Made by a program: the position numbers and the translations under genes. A stretch of 32,000 bases of DNA from Vibrio alginolyticus NBRC 15630 = ATCC 17749 (GTDB lineage Bacteria; Pseudomonadota; Gammaproteobacteria; Enterobacterales; Vibrionaceae), in the NCBI RefSeq assembly GCF_000354175.2, contig NC_022359.1, positions 600,001-632,000 on the forward strand, read 5' to 3'. How positions within the stretch are numbered: position 1 is the stretch's first letter; every line of letters starts with the position of its first letter. This document shows, piece by piece, positions 8,870-17,210 of the stretch. The notes under the pieces are model-generated. The model was not told the origin of the DNA. It saw only the letters and a list, made by a program, of their open reading frames with translations, and did no database searches.

Positions 8870-9218
8870 TTCTGCGATGGTACTAGCAAAATGGGATTGG
8901 GCTTAGATTAACGGATATTAACTAATGTCGCTTTAATTTTTATCACTTTTGCATGGTTTATATAGAAAATGAGTGATTAAGATCGTGATCAATACCGTTG
9001 GATTCAAATTTTATAAAATATCAGTATGAAACATGTACAGGAATTTGGTGGTATTGCGTGTTTTGAGATATCCAGCAAATGAATTCCGTGTGAACGTTAG
9101 TAACCTAATGATCGTCAAACTCTCGTTTTCGTATAAAAGCAAGTAAATCAAAAGGCTTAACGTCAGGGTCTCCGTGAAAAGAACTCGTAGACGAAGAATT
9201 AACATCTGAGGGTGCGAA

Positions 9219-10571
9219 TTGAAAAAGAAAATAGGACTTTATTGGTTCACGAACGACTTGCGATTGCACGACAACCCACTGTTGAAAAGCGCCAGTGTAG
9301 AAATGGACGAGTTAATTTGCTTGTATTGCTACCCTTCAATGACGCCTTACTTGCATCACTTTGCGCAGGAAGCCTCTTTCGGGCGCGCGAAATTGCAGTT
9401 TCTCGACTCATCGCTTAGTGAACTCAATCAATCTTTGAATCACCTTGGTCAGCGATTATGGGCGGTTGAACTAACGCCCGATCAAGCAATCAAGTATGCT
9501 GTTAATCGCTTCGGCGTCACACATATATATGCTGACGCTTTTCCCGGTTCGGATGAGCAACAAGCGTTAGGTCGCGTAGCTGAAGGCGCTTCTCATGTAA
9601 AAATAAAACAGCAAGCAATCCGGACCCTGTTAAGGGAAGAACAACTGCCATTTGACTTGAGCAAACTGCCTACGACTTTCACGCAGTTTAGAAAGCAAGT
9701 TGAAAGTTTAGACATCTCTCGGCCCCACGAGAGTATCCGTTCGTTACCTCCAATTCCTTTAGGTGTGAATCTGCCTTCCGTTACTGCATATTACTTTGAC
9801 ACAAAAGCTACGTTTCATGGTGGAGAAAGCCGCGGGCTTGAACATTGTCGCCAGTATTTTGCTTCCACACTAGCCAGTGAATACAAACAAACACGCAACG
9901 GTTTAGATGGCATGGATTACTCCACCAAGTTCTCTCCTTGGTTAGCTAATGGGTGCGTTTCTCCGAAAACCATTTATGCCATGTTGAAACGCTATGAAGC
10001 CGCGAATGGTGCAAATGATTCAACCTATTGGATTTATTTCGAGCTGCTTTGGCGTGAATACTTTTATTGGTATGCCCGTCGACACAAGCGACAGCTCTTC
10101 CGATTCGGTGGCATCCAAAATCGAGCACCACTCACCAGCTTTTACGCGCACCGTTTCCAACAATGGAAGAAAGGTGAAACGCCATTTCCTATCGTCAATG
10201 CGTGTATGCACCAACTTAATGAAACCGGTTATATGTCGAATCGTGGCAGACAGTTAGTCGCCAGTTGTTTGGTGCATGAACTTGGCCTCGATTGGCGTTA
10301 TGGCGCGGCGTACTTTGAGTCACAACTGGTTGATTACGATGTGGCATCAAACTGGGGAAATTGGCAATACCTAGCGGGCGTTGGTGCTGATCCGCGTGGT
10401 TCACGACAATTCAACCTCGAAAAGCAAACCGAAATGTACGATCCGCACATGGAGTTCATCGATAGGTGGCAAGGTCGTTGTCCTGGCGCGCATTTGGATA
10501 GTGTAGACATGGTCGATTGGCCGATTGTGATGGGCAGCAGTGACAAAGCTTCGTCATCGGAGAAACCGTAA
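9219..10571 (+). CDS. cryptochrome DASH (photolyase/cryptochrome family)
   Basis: N-terminus [22 protein letters not shown], and a FAD-binding C-terminal half with [23 protein letters not shown] and NWGNWQY. Confidence 0.85.
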   Translation: MKKKIGLYWFTNDLRLHDNPLLKSASVEMDELICLYCYPSMTPYLHHFAQEASFGRAKLQFLDSSLSELNQSLNHLGQRLWAVELTPDQAIKYAVNRFGVTHIYADAFPGSDEQQALGRVAEGASHVKIKQQAIRTLLREEQLPFDLSKLPTTFTQFRKQVESLDISRPHESIRSLPPIPLGVNLPSVTAYYFDTKATFHGGESRGLEHCRQYFASTLASEYKQTRNGLDGMDYSTKFSPWLANGCVSPKTIYAMLKRYEAANGANDSTYWIYFELLWREYFYWYARRHKRQLFRFGGIQNRAPLTSFYAHRFQQWKKGETPFPIVNACMHQLNETGYMSNRGRQLVASCLVHELGLDWRYGAAYFESQLVDYDVASNWGNWQYLAGVGADPRGSRQFNLEKQTEMYDPHMEFIDRWQGRCPGAHLDSVDMVDWPIVMGSSDKASSSEKP

Positions 10572-12115
10572 TGCAATTTGAAACCGTACGATTGATCTTG
10601 GGCGATCAACTTAACAGTGAGCACTCTTGGTTTCAGCAACCTGATGAGCAAGTGCTTTACCTGATTGCGGAGCTCAAGCAAGAGAATACTTACGTCACGC
10701 ATCATATTCAGAAAGTGTGTGCGTTCTTTTCTGCAATGGAACAGTTTGCAAAAGAGCGTCAGAGTGAAGGTCACCAAGTTCTGCACCTCACATTGGATGA
10801 CACACAATCCTTCGACGATCTTGAGCAAGTCTTGCAACACTACGCGAGTGAAGTTGGTGCAAGTAAGTTTGAATATCAACGCCCGGATGAATACCGTCTG
10901 CTAGAGCAGTTAGCCAAATTAAAGCTTGATGGGGTCGTGACGCGTTGTGTCGATTCGGAGCACTTTTTGTTACCGTTTGAGGAAATAGAATCGCAGTTTC
11001 CTCAAGGCAAACACATCATGATGGAGCACTTTTACCGCCGTATGCGCAAGCGCTTCGACATCTTGATGCAAGACGGAAAGCCTATCGGCGGAAAATGGAA
11101 TTACGATGCCAATAATCGTAACAAGCTCAAAGCCAAAGACATTGAACAACTTCCACAACCTTTGATGTTCAGTACCGACGTCCACGGCATTATTGAGCGG
11201 TTGGCAGAACATGACATCAAAACCATCGGAAACCTCGAAGGAGACTTGTTGTGGCCGATCAATCGCGCGCAAAGCCTCTCTTTACTCGCGCATTTCTGCC
11301 AAGTCTGTCTGCCGTTATTCGGACGTTTTCAAGATGCCATGACAGGCCAGCACGACGCTAAGTGGAGCTTGTATCACAGCCGAATTTCATTCTCGCTTAA
11401 CAGCAAATTACTGCACCCGGGAGAAGTCATTGATGCTTCACTCAAGGCATTTCATTCCAACGCGGACATCGACATTTCTCAAGTTGAAGGGTTTATTCGC
11501 CAAATCTTAGGATGGCGAGAGTACATTCGAGGGGTCTATTGGGCGAACATGCCTCATTACCCGAAAAACAACGAATTGGGCGCAGAAAGAAAGCTGCCAG
11601 ATTTCTTCTGGAATGGTGAAACTAAAATGGCTTGTATGCGCAATGCGATTGGGCAGTCCCTCGATTACGCCTACGCACACCACATCCAACGTTTGATGGT
11701 CACTGGTAACTTTTGCTTGCTAACCGAGATCGACCCAGATCAAGTGGATGAGTGGTATCTCGGTATCTATGTTGATGCGATTGAATGGGTCGAAATGCCG
11801 AACACACGTGGCATGGCATTGTTTGCGGATGGCGGCATTGTTGGCACCAAACCTTACGCGGCGAGTGGTTCTTACATCAACAAAATGAGCGACTACTGTA
11901 AGGGTTGCCATTACGACAATAAGGCGAGGAGTGGGGAAGGATCGTGTCCGTTTAACAGCCTTTATTGGCGCTTTATGAACAAACACGACAAGCGCCTCGC
12001 AGCCAATCCACGAATCGGGATGATTTTCCGCTCTTGGGACAACATGGAAGAACAACAACGCCAAGCGATTCTTGATACCGCAGAGCACTACATAGAAAAC
12101 GTGGAGAACTTGTGA
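10571..12115 (+). CDS. FeS-BCP / CryPro-type photolyase-related protein (PhrB/CryB-like, putative (6-4) photolyase with a 4Fe-4S cluster)
   Basis: The start ATG overlaps the upstream TAA (TAATG). Four Cys at 355/443/446/459 have spacing 88/3/13, identical to the cluster ligands of Agrobacterium PhrB (350/438/441/454) as I recall them. Confidence 0.8.
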   Translation: MQFETVRLILGDQLNSEHSWFQQPDEQVLYLIAELKQENTYVTHHIQKVCAFFSAMEQFAKERQSEGHQVLHLTLDDTQSFDDLEQVLQHYASEVGASKFEYQRPDEYRLLEQLAKLKLDGVVTRCVDSEHFLLPFEEIESQFPQGKHIMMEHFYRRMRKRFDILMQDGKPIGGKWNYDANNRNKLKAKDIEQLPQPLMFSTDVHGIIERLAEHDIKTIGNLEGDLLWPINRAQSLSLLAHFCQVCLPLFGRFQDAMTGQHDAKWSLYHSRISFSLNSKLLHPGEVIDASLKAFHSNADIDISQVEGFIRQILGWREYIRGVYWANMPHYPKNNELGAERKLPDFFWNGETKMACMRNAIGQSLDYAYAHHIQRLMVTGNFCLLTEIDPDQVDEWYLGIYVDAIEWVEMPNTRGMALFADGGIVGTKPYAASGSYINKMSDYCKGCHYDNKARSGEGSCPFNSLYWRFMNKHDKRLAANPRIGMIFRSWDNMEEQQRQAILDTAEHYIENVENL

Positions 12116-12822
12116 TGGAAATACTCATCGTCGGTGGCAATGGTGGAATTGGTTTGGCGATGGTGAGAGAAGCCGCAGCTCGGTTTCCTCAAGCTCGCGT
12201 GCATGCCACTTATCGTAAGCAGCAACCAGATTGGCAACACCCAAATGTCGTTTGGCATCAAGTGGATGTATCGCAAGACGAGCAGGTAAAAGCGTTCAGT
12301 GAGCAGATTGAACACGTCGATTGGTTGGTGAACTGTGTTGGTATGTTGCACACCCAAGAGAAAGGTCCTGAGAAGAATCTTAGCTCGCTCGACGCAGACT
12401 TCTTTCAGCAAACCATCACGGTTAATACTTTGCCAAGTTTGCTGTTGGCGAAATACTTCACGCCCAAGCTAAAGCGCAGTACTGCACCCAAGTTTGCGAC
12501 CATTTCGGCCAAAGTTGGCAGCATTAGCGATAATCAGCTCGGTGGTTGGTACAGCTATCGAGCATCGAAAGCCGCATTAAACATGTTCCTAAAAACCATG
12601 TCGATCGAATGGCAAAGAGTGGTCAAACATGGCACGGTGCTTTCACTTCACCCTGGCACCACAGATACCGCTTTGTCGGCACCTTTTCAAACCAATGTCC
12701 CAGAGGGAAAGTTGTTCACGCCAGAGCGAGTTGCTAAGGATTTATTAGGCTTGATAGAAAAAGCAACCCCGCAAGATAGCGGGGCGTTTTGGGCTTATGA
12801 TGGGACGTTATTACCTTGGTAA
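12115..12822 (+). CDS. short-chain dehydrogenase/reductase (C-factor-like SDR)
   Basis: Gly-rich NAD(P) motif VGGNGGIG and catalytic YxxxK (YRASK). ATG 12115 overlaps the upstream TGA (GTGATG), which indicates translational coupling. Confidence 0.8.
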   Translation: MEILIVGGNGGIGLAMVREAAARFPQARVHATYRKQQPDWQHPNVVWHQVDVSQDEQVKAFSEQIEHVDWLVNCVGMLHTQEKGPEKNLSSLDADFFQQTITVNTLPSLLLAKYFTPKLKRSTAPKFATISAKVGSISDNQLGGWYSYRASKAALNMFLKTMSIEWQRVVKHGTVLSLHPGTTDTALSAPFQTNVPEGKLFTPERVAKDLLGLIEKATPQDSGAFWAYDGTLLPW

Positions 12823-12883
12823 GAGAACGCGTACAAACGTTAATACAAATGAAATAACATACTCCAGAGAGGGTCGGAGTGAC

Positions 12884-13030
12884 CTACGTTTTCGTTGATT
12901 TATTTCTTCGGCAACGCTCAGAACAATAAACGATTTCCTCCCAATTTCGCGCCCACTTCTTTCTCCAAGAAAATGGGCGCTGACAGACCGGACAGACTTT
13001 CATGGGAAGGTTGGATTTAAAACCTTTCAT
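12884..13030 (-). CDS. DUF2256-like small zinc-ribbon protein (48 aa; below the ORF-track length cutoff)
   Basis: My own translation is [48 protein letters not shown]. The CxxC...WRKKW...YCSxRC pattern matches my recollection of DUF2256, a family often found near photolyase genes. An AGGAG lies 15 nt upstream. An alternative start is ATG 13003. Confidence 0.7.
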   Translation of the reverse strand: MKGFKSNLPMKVCPVCQRPFSWRKKWARNWEEIVYCSERCRRNKSTKT

Positions 13031-13074
13031 CGCGCTGATTGTTCACTCCTAATTTGGTTAAAACGGTGGTTTAG

Positions 13075-14217
13075 CTACTTATCAAATAGGTACAGGTAAT
13101 CGCCGTAGCCTAAACTCGCCATCTTGTTCACAGGTACAAATTTCATCGCAGCAGAGTTCATACAATAGCGTAATCCCGTCGGCTTCGGACCATCTTTAAA
13201 CACATGACCTAGGTGTGAATCACCAAACTTACTGCGGATCTCCGTTCTAGGGTAGAGCAGTTTATAATCGGTTTTCTCCACGATGTAACCCGGGTTAATT
13301 GGTCGAGTAAAGCTTGGCCAACCTGTGCCAGATTTGTATTTATCAGTAGAAGAAAATAGCGGTTCACCGGTCACAATATCCACATAAATTCCCGCTTCTT
13401 TGTTGTCCCAGTATTCATTATCAAACGGACGCTCCGTGCCTTCTTCTTGCGTCACGTAATACTGTAGCTCTGTTAAGTTTGATTTGATTTCAGACTGAGC
13501 AGGTTTACTGTACGCTTTCACTTTCGAAAGCAGCTTTTTTTCTTCAATCAACTGTCGAAGTGTTTTAGGACTTTCTTTTCGATCTTCACCAAATACTTCG
13601 TCGAGATATTTATCGCGACCTGATGCGTAGCGGTAGTATTTGTACTTCAAGCTACTCTTCTTGTAGTAATCCTGATGGTACGACTCCGCAGGGTAAAACT
13701 TTTCAAACTCGATCAGCTCTGTTTTCAACGGTTTTGGATAGATCATCGCCTTGTCGATTTCCATCATAAACTGCTTAGCAATCTGCTTTTGCTCCGCATT
13801 ATGGTAGAAGATCGCTGGACGGTATTGAGGACCACGGTCAACAAATGAACCTTTATCGTCGGTAGGGTCGATATGACGGAAGAAGTAGTCCAGCACTTGC
13901 TCGTAGTTCACGACAGCAGGATCGTACTTCACCTCAATCACTTCAATATGACCAGATTTACCAGAAGAGACTTGGCGGTAAGTCGGGTTTTCAATATGAC
14001 CACCTGAATAACCTGATACAACATCGATTACGCCGGGCAGTTGCTCTAAATCCGATTCTGTACACCAGAAACAACCGCCAGCTAGCGTTGCGATTCTTGT
14101 ATTCTCTGAAGCCTTCAGCTTATCCATCGTATCGGCGGTACCTGTTTTACTCAATAGTAGAAACAAGACTGGAAGTGCGAAGGAGAAACCGGCCAATAAC
14201 TTAGACATATTCTTCAT
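13075..14217 (-). CDS. msrAB: exported bifunctional methionine sulfoxide reductase MsrA-MsrB
   Basis: Signal peptide, then the MsrA motif GGCFWC, then the MsrB C-terminal half with GWPSF and RYCMNS. Confidence 0.9.
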   Translation of the reverse strand: MKNMSKLLAGFSFALPVLFLLLSKTGTADTMDKLKASENTRIATLAGGCFWCTESDLEQLPGVIDVVSGYSGGHIENPTYRQVSSGKSGHIEVIEVKYDPAVVNYEQVLDYFFRHIDPTDDKGSFVDRGPQYRPAIFYHNAEQKQIAKQFMMEIDKAMIYPKPLKTELIEFEKFYPAESYHQDYYKKSSLKYKYYRYASGRDKYLDEVFGEDRKESPKTLRQLIEEKKLLSKVKAYSKPAQSEIKSNLTELQYYVTQEEGTERPFDNEYWDNKEAGIYVDIVTGEPLFSSTDKYKSGTGWPSFTRPINPGYIVEKTDYKLLYPRTEIRSKFGDSHLGHVFKDGPKPTGLRYCMNSAAMKFVPVNKMASLGYGDYLYLFDK

Positions 14218-14419
14218 AGCTACCTCATCGTTATTTTTGTAGAAAGTGTTACTTAAATAAAAAGTGTTACGTATAGAGAAAGGTAACCGAGCGAAAAAAT
14301 TACAGTAATGTTGAAAATTCCGTTGCCCTTTTATGCGATAGAGCTAAAGTATCGACAAGAAACACACCGCTAGTAAGGGCAACGATGCCTTGAATAAGCG
14401 ATGCTAAATGAGGTAAATC

Positions 14420-14818
14420 ATGCAAGCTGAAGTTAAATGGATAGAAGATTTTAAATTCCTTGGGCAATCTCAGTCGGGCCACTCCGTAGTGATGGATGGC
14501 AATGGTGGTGCAACCGCACCAAGCCCAATGGAAATGGTACTAATGGCTGCTGGTGGCTGTAGCTCTGTCGATGTTGTTGATGGTTTGAAAACAGCAGGCC
14601 AAAAGGTTTCGTCAGTTAATGCCAAGCTAACCACAGAGCGTCGTGAAACCGCACCGCGTATCTTTACGCAAGTGAATATCCACTTTGAAGTGTCAGGTGA
14701 CGAGCTTGACCCAGAAGTCGTAGCAAAAGTGGTGGCTGACTCGCTAGAAAAATACTGCTCGGTTTGCTTAATGCTAGGCGAAGGTGTTGAGATGACCCAC
14801 AGTTGGGAAATTGTGTAA
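14420..14818 (+). CDS. OsmC/Ohr-family protein
   Basis: 132 aa with the typical OsmC two-Cys layout (AAGGCSSVDV ... EKYCSVC). Confidence 0.8.
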   Translation: MQAEVKWIEDFKFLGQSQSGHSVVMDGNGGATAPSPMEMVLMAAGGCSSVDVVDGLKTAGQKVSSVNAKLTTERRETAPRIFTQVNIHFEVSGDELDPEVVAKVVADSLEKYCSVCLMLGEGVEMTHSWEIV

Positions 14819-14849
14819 GTTGACAGACTCCACAAAATATAAAAACAGG

Positions 14850-14881
14850 AAAGAGAAAAGTCCGGGCTTTTCTCTTTTTTT
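14850..14881 (+). terminator. rho-independent terminator after the osmC-like gene
   Basis: Stem AAAGAGAAAAG/CTTTTCTCTTT with loop TCCGGG, followed by a T-run. Confidence 0.85.
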
Positions 14882-14947
14882 ATTTCGCAGTTCACGTACC
14901 TTGTGAAGAATCTGAAAGCAGTAATTGCAGGTTGTAGGAGTCTTCCA

Positions 14948-15502
14948 GTGACAGAACTAGAAAAAATGATGTCTGGCCAGGTCTTTGATGGCATGGACAA
15001 AGAAATTGACGCCATTAGAAGCCATGCTCTTCAAGCACTTAGAGCACTTAATAATAACACCGACGAAAGTCAGCGCGACGAATTGCAAAAGCAGCTATTT
15101 GGCAAGGTAGGCCGTTGTATTGTCCAGTCCCCTTTTCATTGTGAATTTGGTAAGACCATCGAAATAGGTGAAGAAACCTTTATCAACATGAACGTGGTCA
15201 TGCTCGATGGTGCCAAAATTACCATCGGGAACCACGTGCTCATTGGACCGAGCGTGCAATTTTATACCGCTTCTCATTCTGTTGATTACCGAAGTCGTCG
15301 GCGTTGGGAAACGTTTTGTAAACCTATCACGATTGAAGATGATGTGTGGATTGGCGGAAATTCGGTCATTAACCAAGGTGTGACGATTGGTGCTCGCTCG
15401 GTTATTGCGGCGAACTCGGTAGTCAACCATGATGTGCCGCCAGATTGTCTATACGGAGGCACGCCAGCTAAGTTGATTCGTCGTCTCAACGAAGAAGAGT
15501 AG
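14948..15502 (+). CDS. maa: maltose/sugar O-acetyltransferase (hexapeptide-repeat left-handed beta-helix)
   Basis: VTELEKMMSGQVF aligns with the E. coli Maa N-terminus as I recall it, and hexapeptide repeats fill the C-terminal half. GTG 14948 lies 7 nt after AGGAG (14936-14940), so I prefer it to the track's GTG at 14903. Confidence 0.8.
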   Translation: MTELEKMMSGQVFDGMDKEIDAIRSHALQALRALNNNTDESQRDELQKQLFGKVGRCIVQSPFHCEFGKTIEIGEETFINMNVVMLDGAKITIGNHVLIGPSVQFYTASHSVDYRSRRRWETFCKPITIEDDVWIGGNSVINQGVTIGARSVIAANSVVNHDVPPDCLYGGTPAKLIRRLNEEE

Positions 15503-15589
15503 AGGTTAGTATGCAATAACTCTGGCGATTAGAGAGTTCAGACTGAGCTCTCTTCGTCGAGTACATCGTTATATTTTAATGTTAATTCC

Positions 15590-15970
15590 TCACTCAATTG
15601 CTAAAAGAACGGCACCAATTGATAAAGTCAGGGCAACGACAACAGAGTTAACAATGATAATACCCAGTAATAGAATCGACAAATAACGATACCATTTTGG
15701 TACTTCTCTAGAAATATTAGGTAATTTTCGCTTTTCACCTGAGCTAGGTTGAACGATTAAACGAACAAACATCAATGTTCGGAAAAATGCGTAAGGCCAC
15801 CCTGTGAATAAAGAAAGCTCAAATTCATTAAAATATGGTTTTTTAAAATAGTTCCCAACAATCTCCTTCGGCATCAGAAAGTGCATGACACCGATAGAAA
15901 TGGTTTGTAAGAAAATAATAATCACACCAGTCATTAAAGTGTAAAAAAGAAATGTGATTACTTGCTGCAT
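15590..15970 (-). CDS. small polytopic inner-membrane protein; candidate cognate immunity protein
   Basis: 126 aa with at least 3 hydrophobic helices. Its start overlaps the stop of the upstream 332-aa gene by 13 nt. It is paralogous to 17211-17597. Confidence 0.75.
   Translation of the reverse strand: MQQVITFLFYTLMTGVIIIFLQTISIGVMHFLMPKEIVGNYFKKPYFNEFELSLFTGWPYAFFRTLMFVRLIVQPSSGEKRKLPNISREVPKWYRYLSILLLGIIIVNSVVVALTLSIGAVLLAIE
15737..15805. repeat. 69-nt near-identical block (67/69; 55-nt perfect core at 15745-15799) shared with 17364-17432
   Basis: Direct comparison of the two paralogous genes. The flanking coding sequence is much more diverged. Confidence 0.9.
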
Positions 15971-16956
15971 ATAGACTCTATTCCAGTACTAGCGACTAAG
16001 TTTGGCTTGCTTTCAATTGAATTATAAAAGCTTTTTGCCACTTTACCGGATGCATAACCTACAGCCGTTGAACCGGCAGCGAGTACAATGGCAGTCCCCC
16101 AGCCAATAGGGTTTGATACTAAAAATAGACCGACTAACGCGCTGGTACCCATTCCTACAGCTGTGCTAGTTATTGACTCAACAAAAATTTCATTCTTCTC
16201 ATGTTGGTCTTGTGTATTCGCAATCTGAATGCAGGAAGCCGTCAGACCAACACCGACTAAAACATGTCCGCCCACTTTAGATGCTTGAGCTATTTTATTC
16301 AGTTTTTCGGCTTGTTTAACTATATGAGCATTCGCAGGTAACCCTCCACTTCGAGCTATGCGAATAGACTGGTGAGTCGTTTTGTTGCCAAATAGCAGCT
16401 TTTCCATAGGGCCAACATTTTTCTTTAGTAGGTCTAAATGTTTTTTACGTCGACCATCATATTGTCCTTTACTTATTACTCCGTTTTTATAGTTTGCGTA
16501 AAGGTCGTTGATGTTCTCAATGAGCTTAATATTTCCTTTACTCATCAAGTTCCCTGTAGCACCCATCAAGGTACCTCCTGGAATAGTAATCATATTGGCG
16601 TTGTTTTCCAGCCATGCCAACGCCCAAAACATGTCAGCATGTTGCGGTGGAACTTGATTTGAGATTGATTTTGGAGGTTGATTGTAGCTGAGAAGATTGG
16701 GAGGCAAAACTTTATGGGGAGGAGAGCTGGGCATTTGAGGTTTAGACGCTGGGTAGGTCCCTAGCTTCGCGATACTTTTAGGAGGTAACGCATTGTTACT
16801 TTGAGTTTTAAGTTGAGAGCTTGATTTGGGTAGAGCTGATAACCAAATGATATCGCCTGCTCTAATGCGGTTAGGATCTGAAATATGCTTGTTTAATGTC
16901 ATTATATGAGTCAGTACCATCTGATAGTCCTTGCTACCATATGGAGCACCATACAT
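15958..16956 (-). CDS. LysM-remnant / Pro-rich linker / Gly-Ala-rich hydrophobic C-terminus protein; candidate membrane-pore toxin (colicin- or Tme-like by architecture only)
   Basis: aa 1-42 resemble the distal two-thirds of a LysM domain (YG...ISDPNRIRAGDIIWL). aa 43-106 form a P/S/Q-rich linker. aa 228-246 and 262-304 are Gly/Ala-rich hydrophobic segments (VGGHVLVGVGLTASCIQIA; ITSTAVGMGTSALVGLFLVSNPIGWGTAIVLAAGSTAVGYASG). Confidence 0.65.
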   Translation of the reverse strand: MYGAPYGSKDYQMVLTHIMTLNKHISDPNRIRAGDIIWLSALPKSSSQLKTQSNNALPPKSIAKLGTYPASKPQMPSSPPHKVLPPNLLSYNQPPKSISNQVPPQHADMFWALAWLENNANMITIPGGTLMGATGNLMSKGNIKLIENINDLYANYKNGVISKGQYDGRRKKHLDLLKKNVGPMEKLLFGNKTTHQSIRIARSGGLPANAHIVKQAEKLNKIAQASKVGGHVLVGVGLTASCIQIANTQDQHEKNEIFVESITSTAVGMGTSALVGLFLVSNPIGWGTAIVLAAGSTAVGYASGKVAKSFYNSIESKPNLVASTGIESICSK

Positions 16957-17210
16957 GTTTAATATAATAGGTGATAAGTTATCATGACTTTTATTTTATA
17001 CTTAAAAGATCCCGACACAGAGCACCTCTAGCTAATAATTTATTTGTATAGATATTAACAAGAAACTATATTTAAAAATTTTATTTTTTTGCATTCTAGA
17101 CTTTCATTTTAAAAAGCCATAAATTAGCTGATGTATTTATTATTTGTGTGAAATTCTTAATGTTATTTACATTTAAAGTGTGACATTAGACTTAATTGGA
17201 TAGGTAAAGG

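Noticed and set aside
10334-10879. 181-aa minus-strand ORF spanning the cry/phr junction, together with other antisense ORFs within 9946-12411.
   Set aside because: They are antisense to two strongly supported, translationally coupled photolyase-family genes, and they contain no recognisable motifs.
14470-15015. 181-aa minus-strand ORF opposite osmC, and the minus-strand ORFs at 15095-15516 opposite maa.
   Set aside because: These are Ser/Thr/Pro-rich antisense frames of confidently identified genes, and the first spans the osmC terminator.
15531-15553. Near-palindrome AGAGAGTTCAGACTGAGCTCTCT between maa and the immunity-like gene, considered as a terminator.
   Set aside because: The apical loop is essentially absent and neither strand has a T-tail. 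It may still act as a weak barrier, but I cannot support a terminator call.
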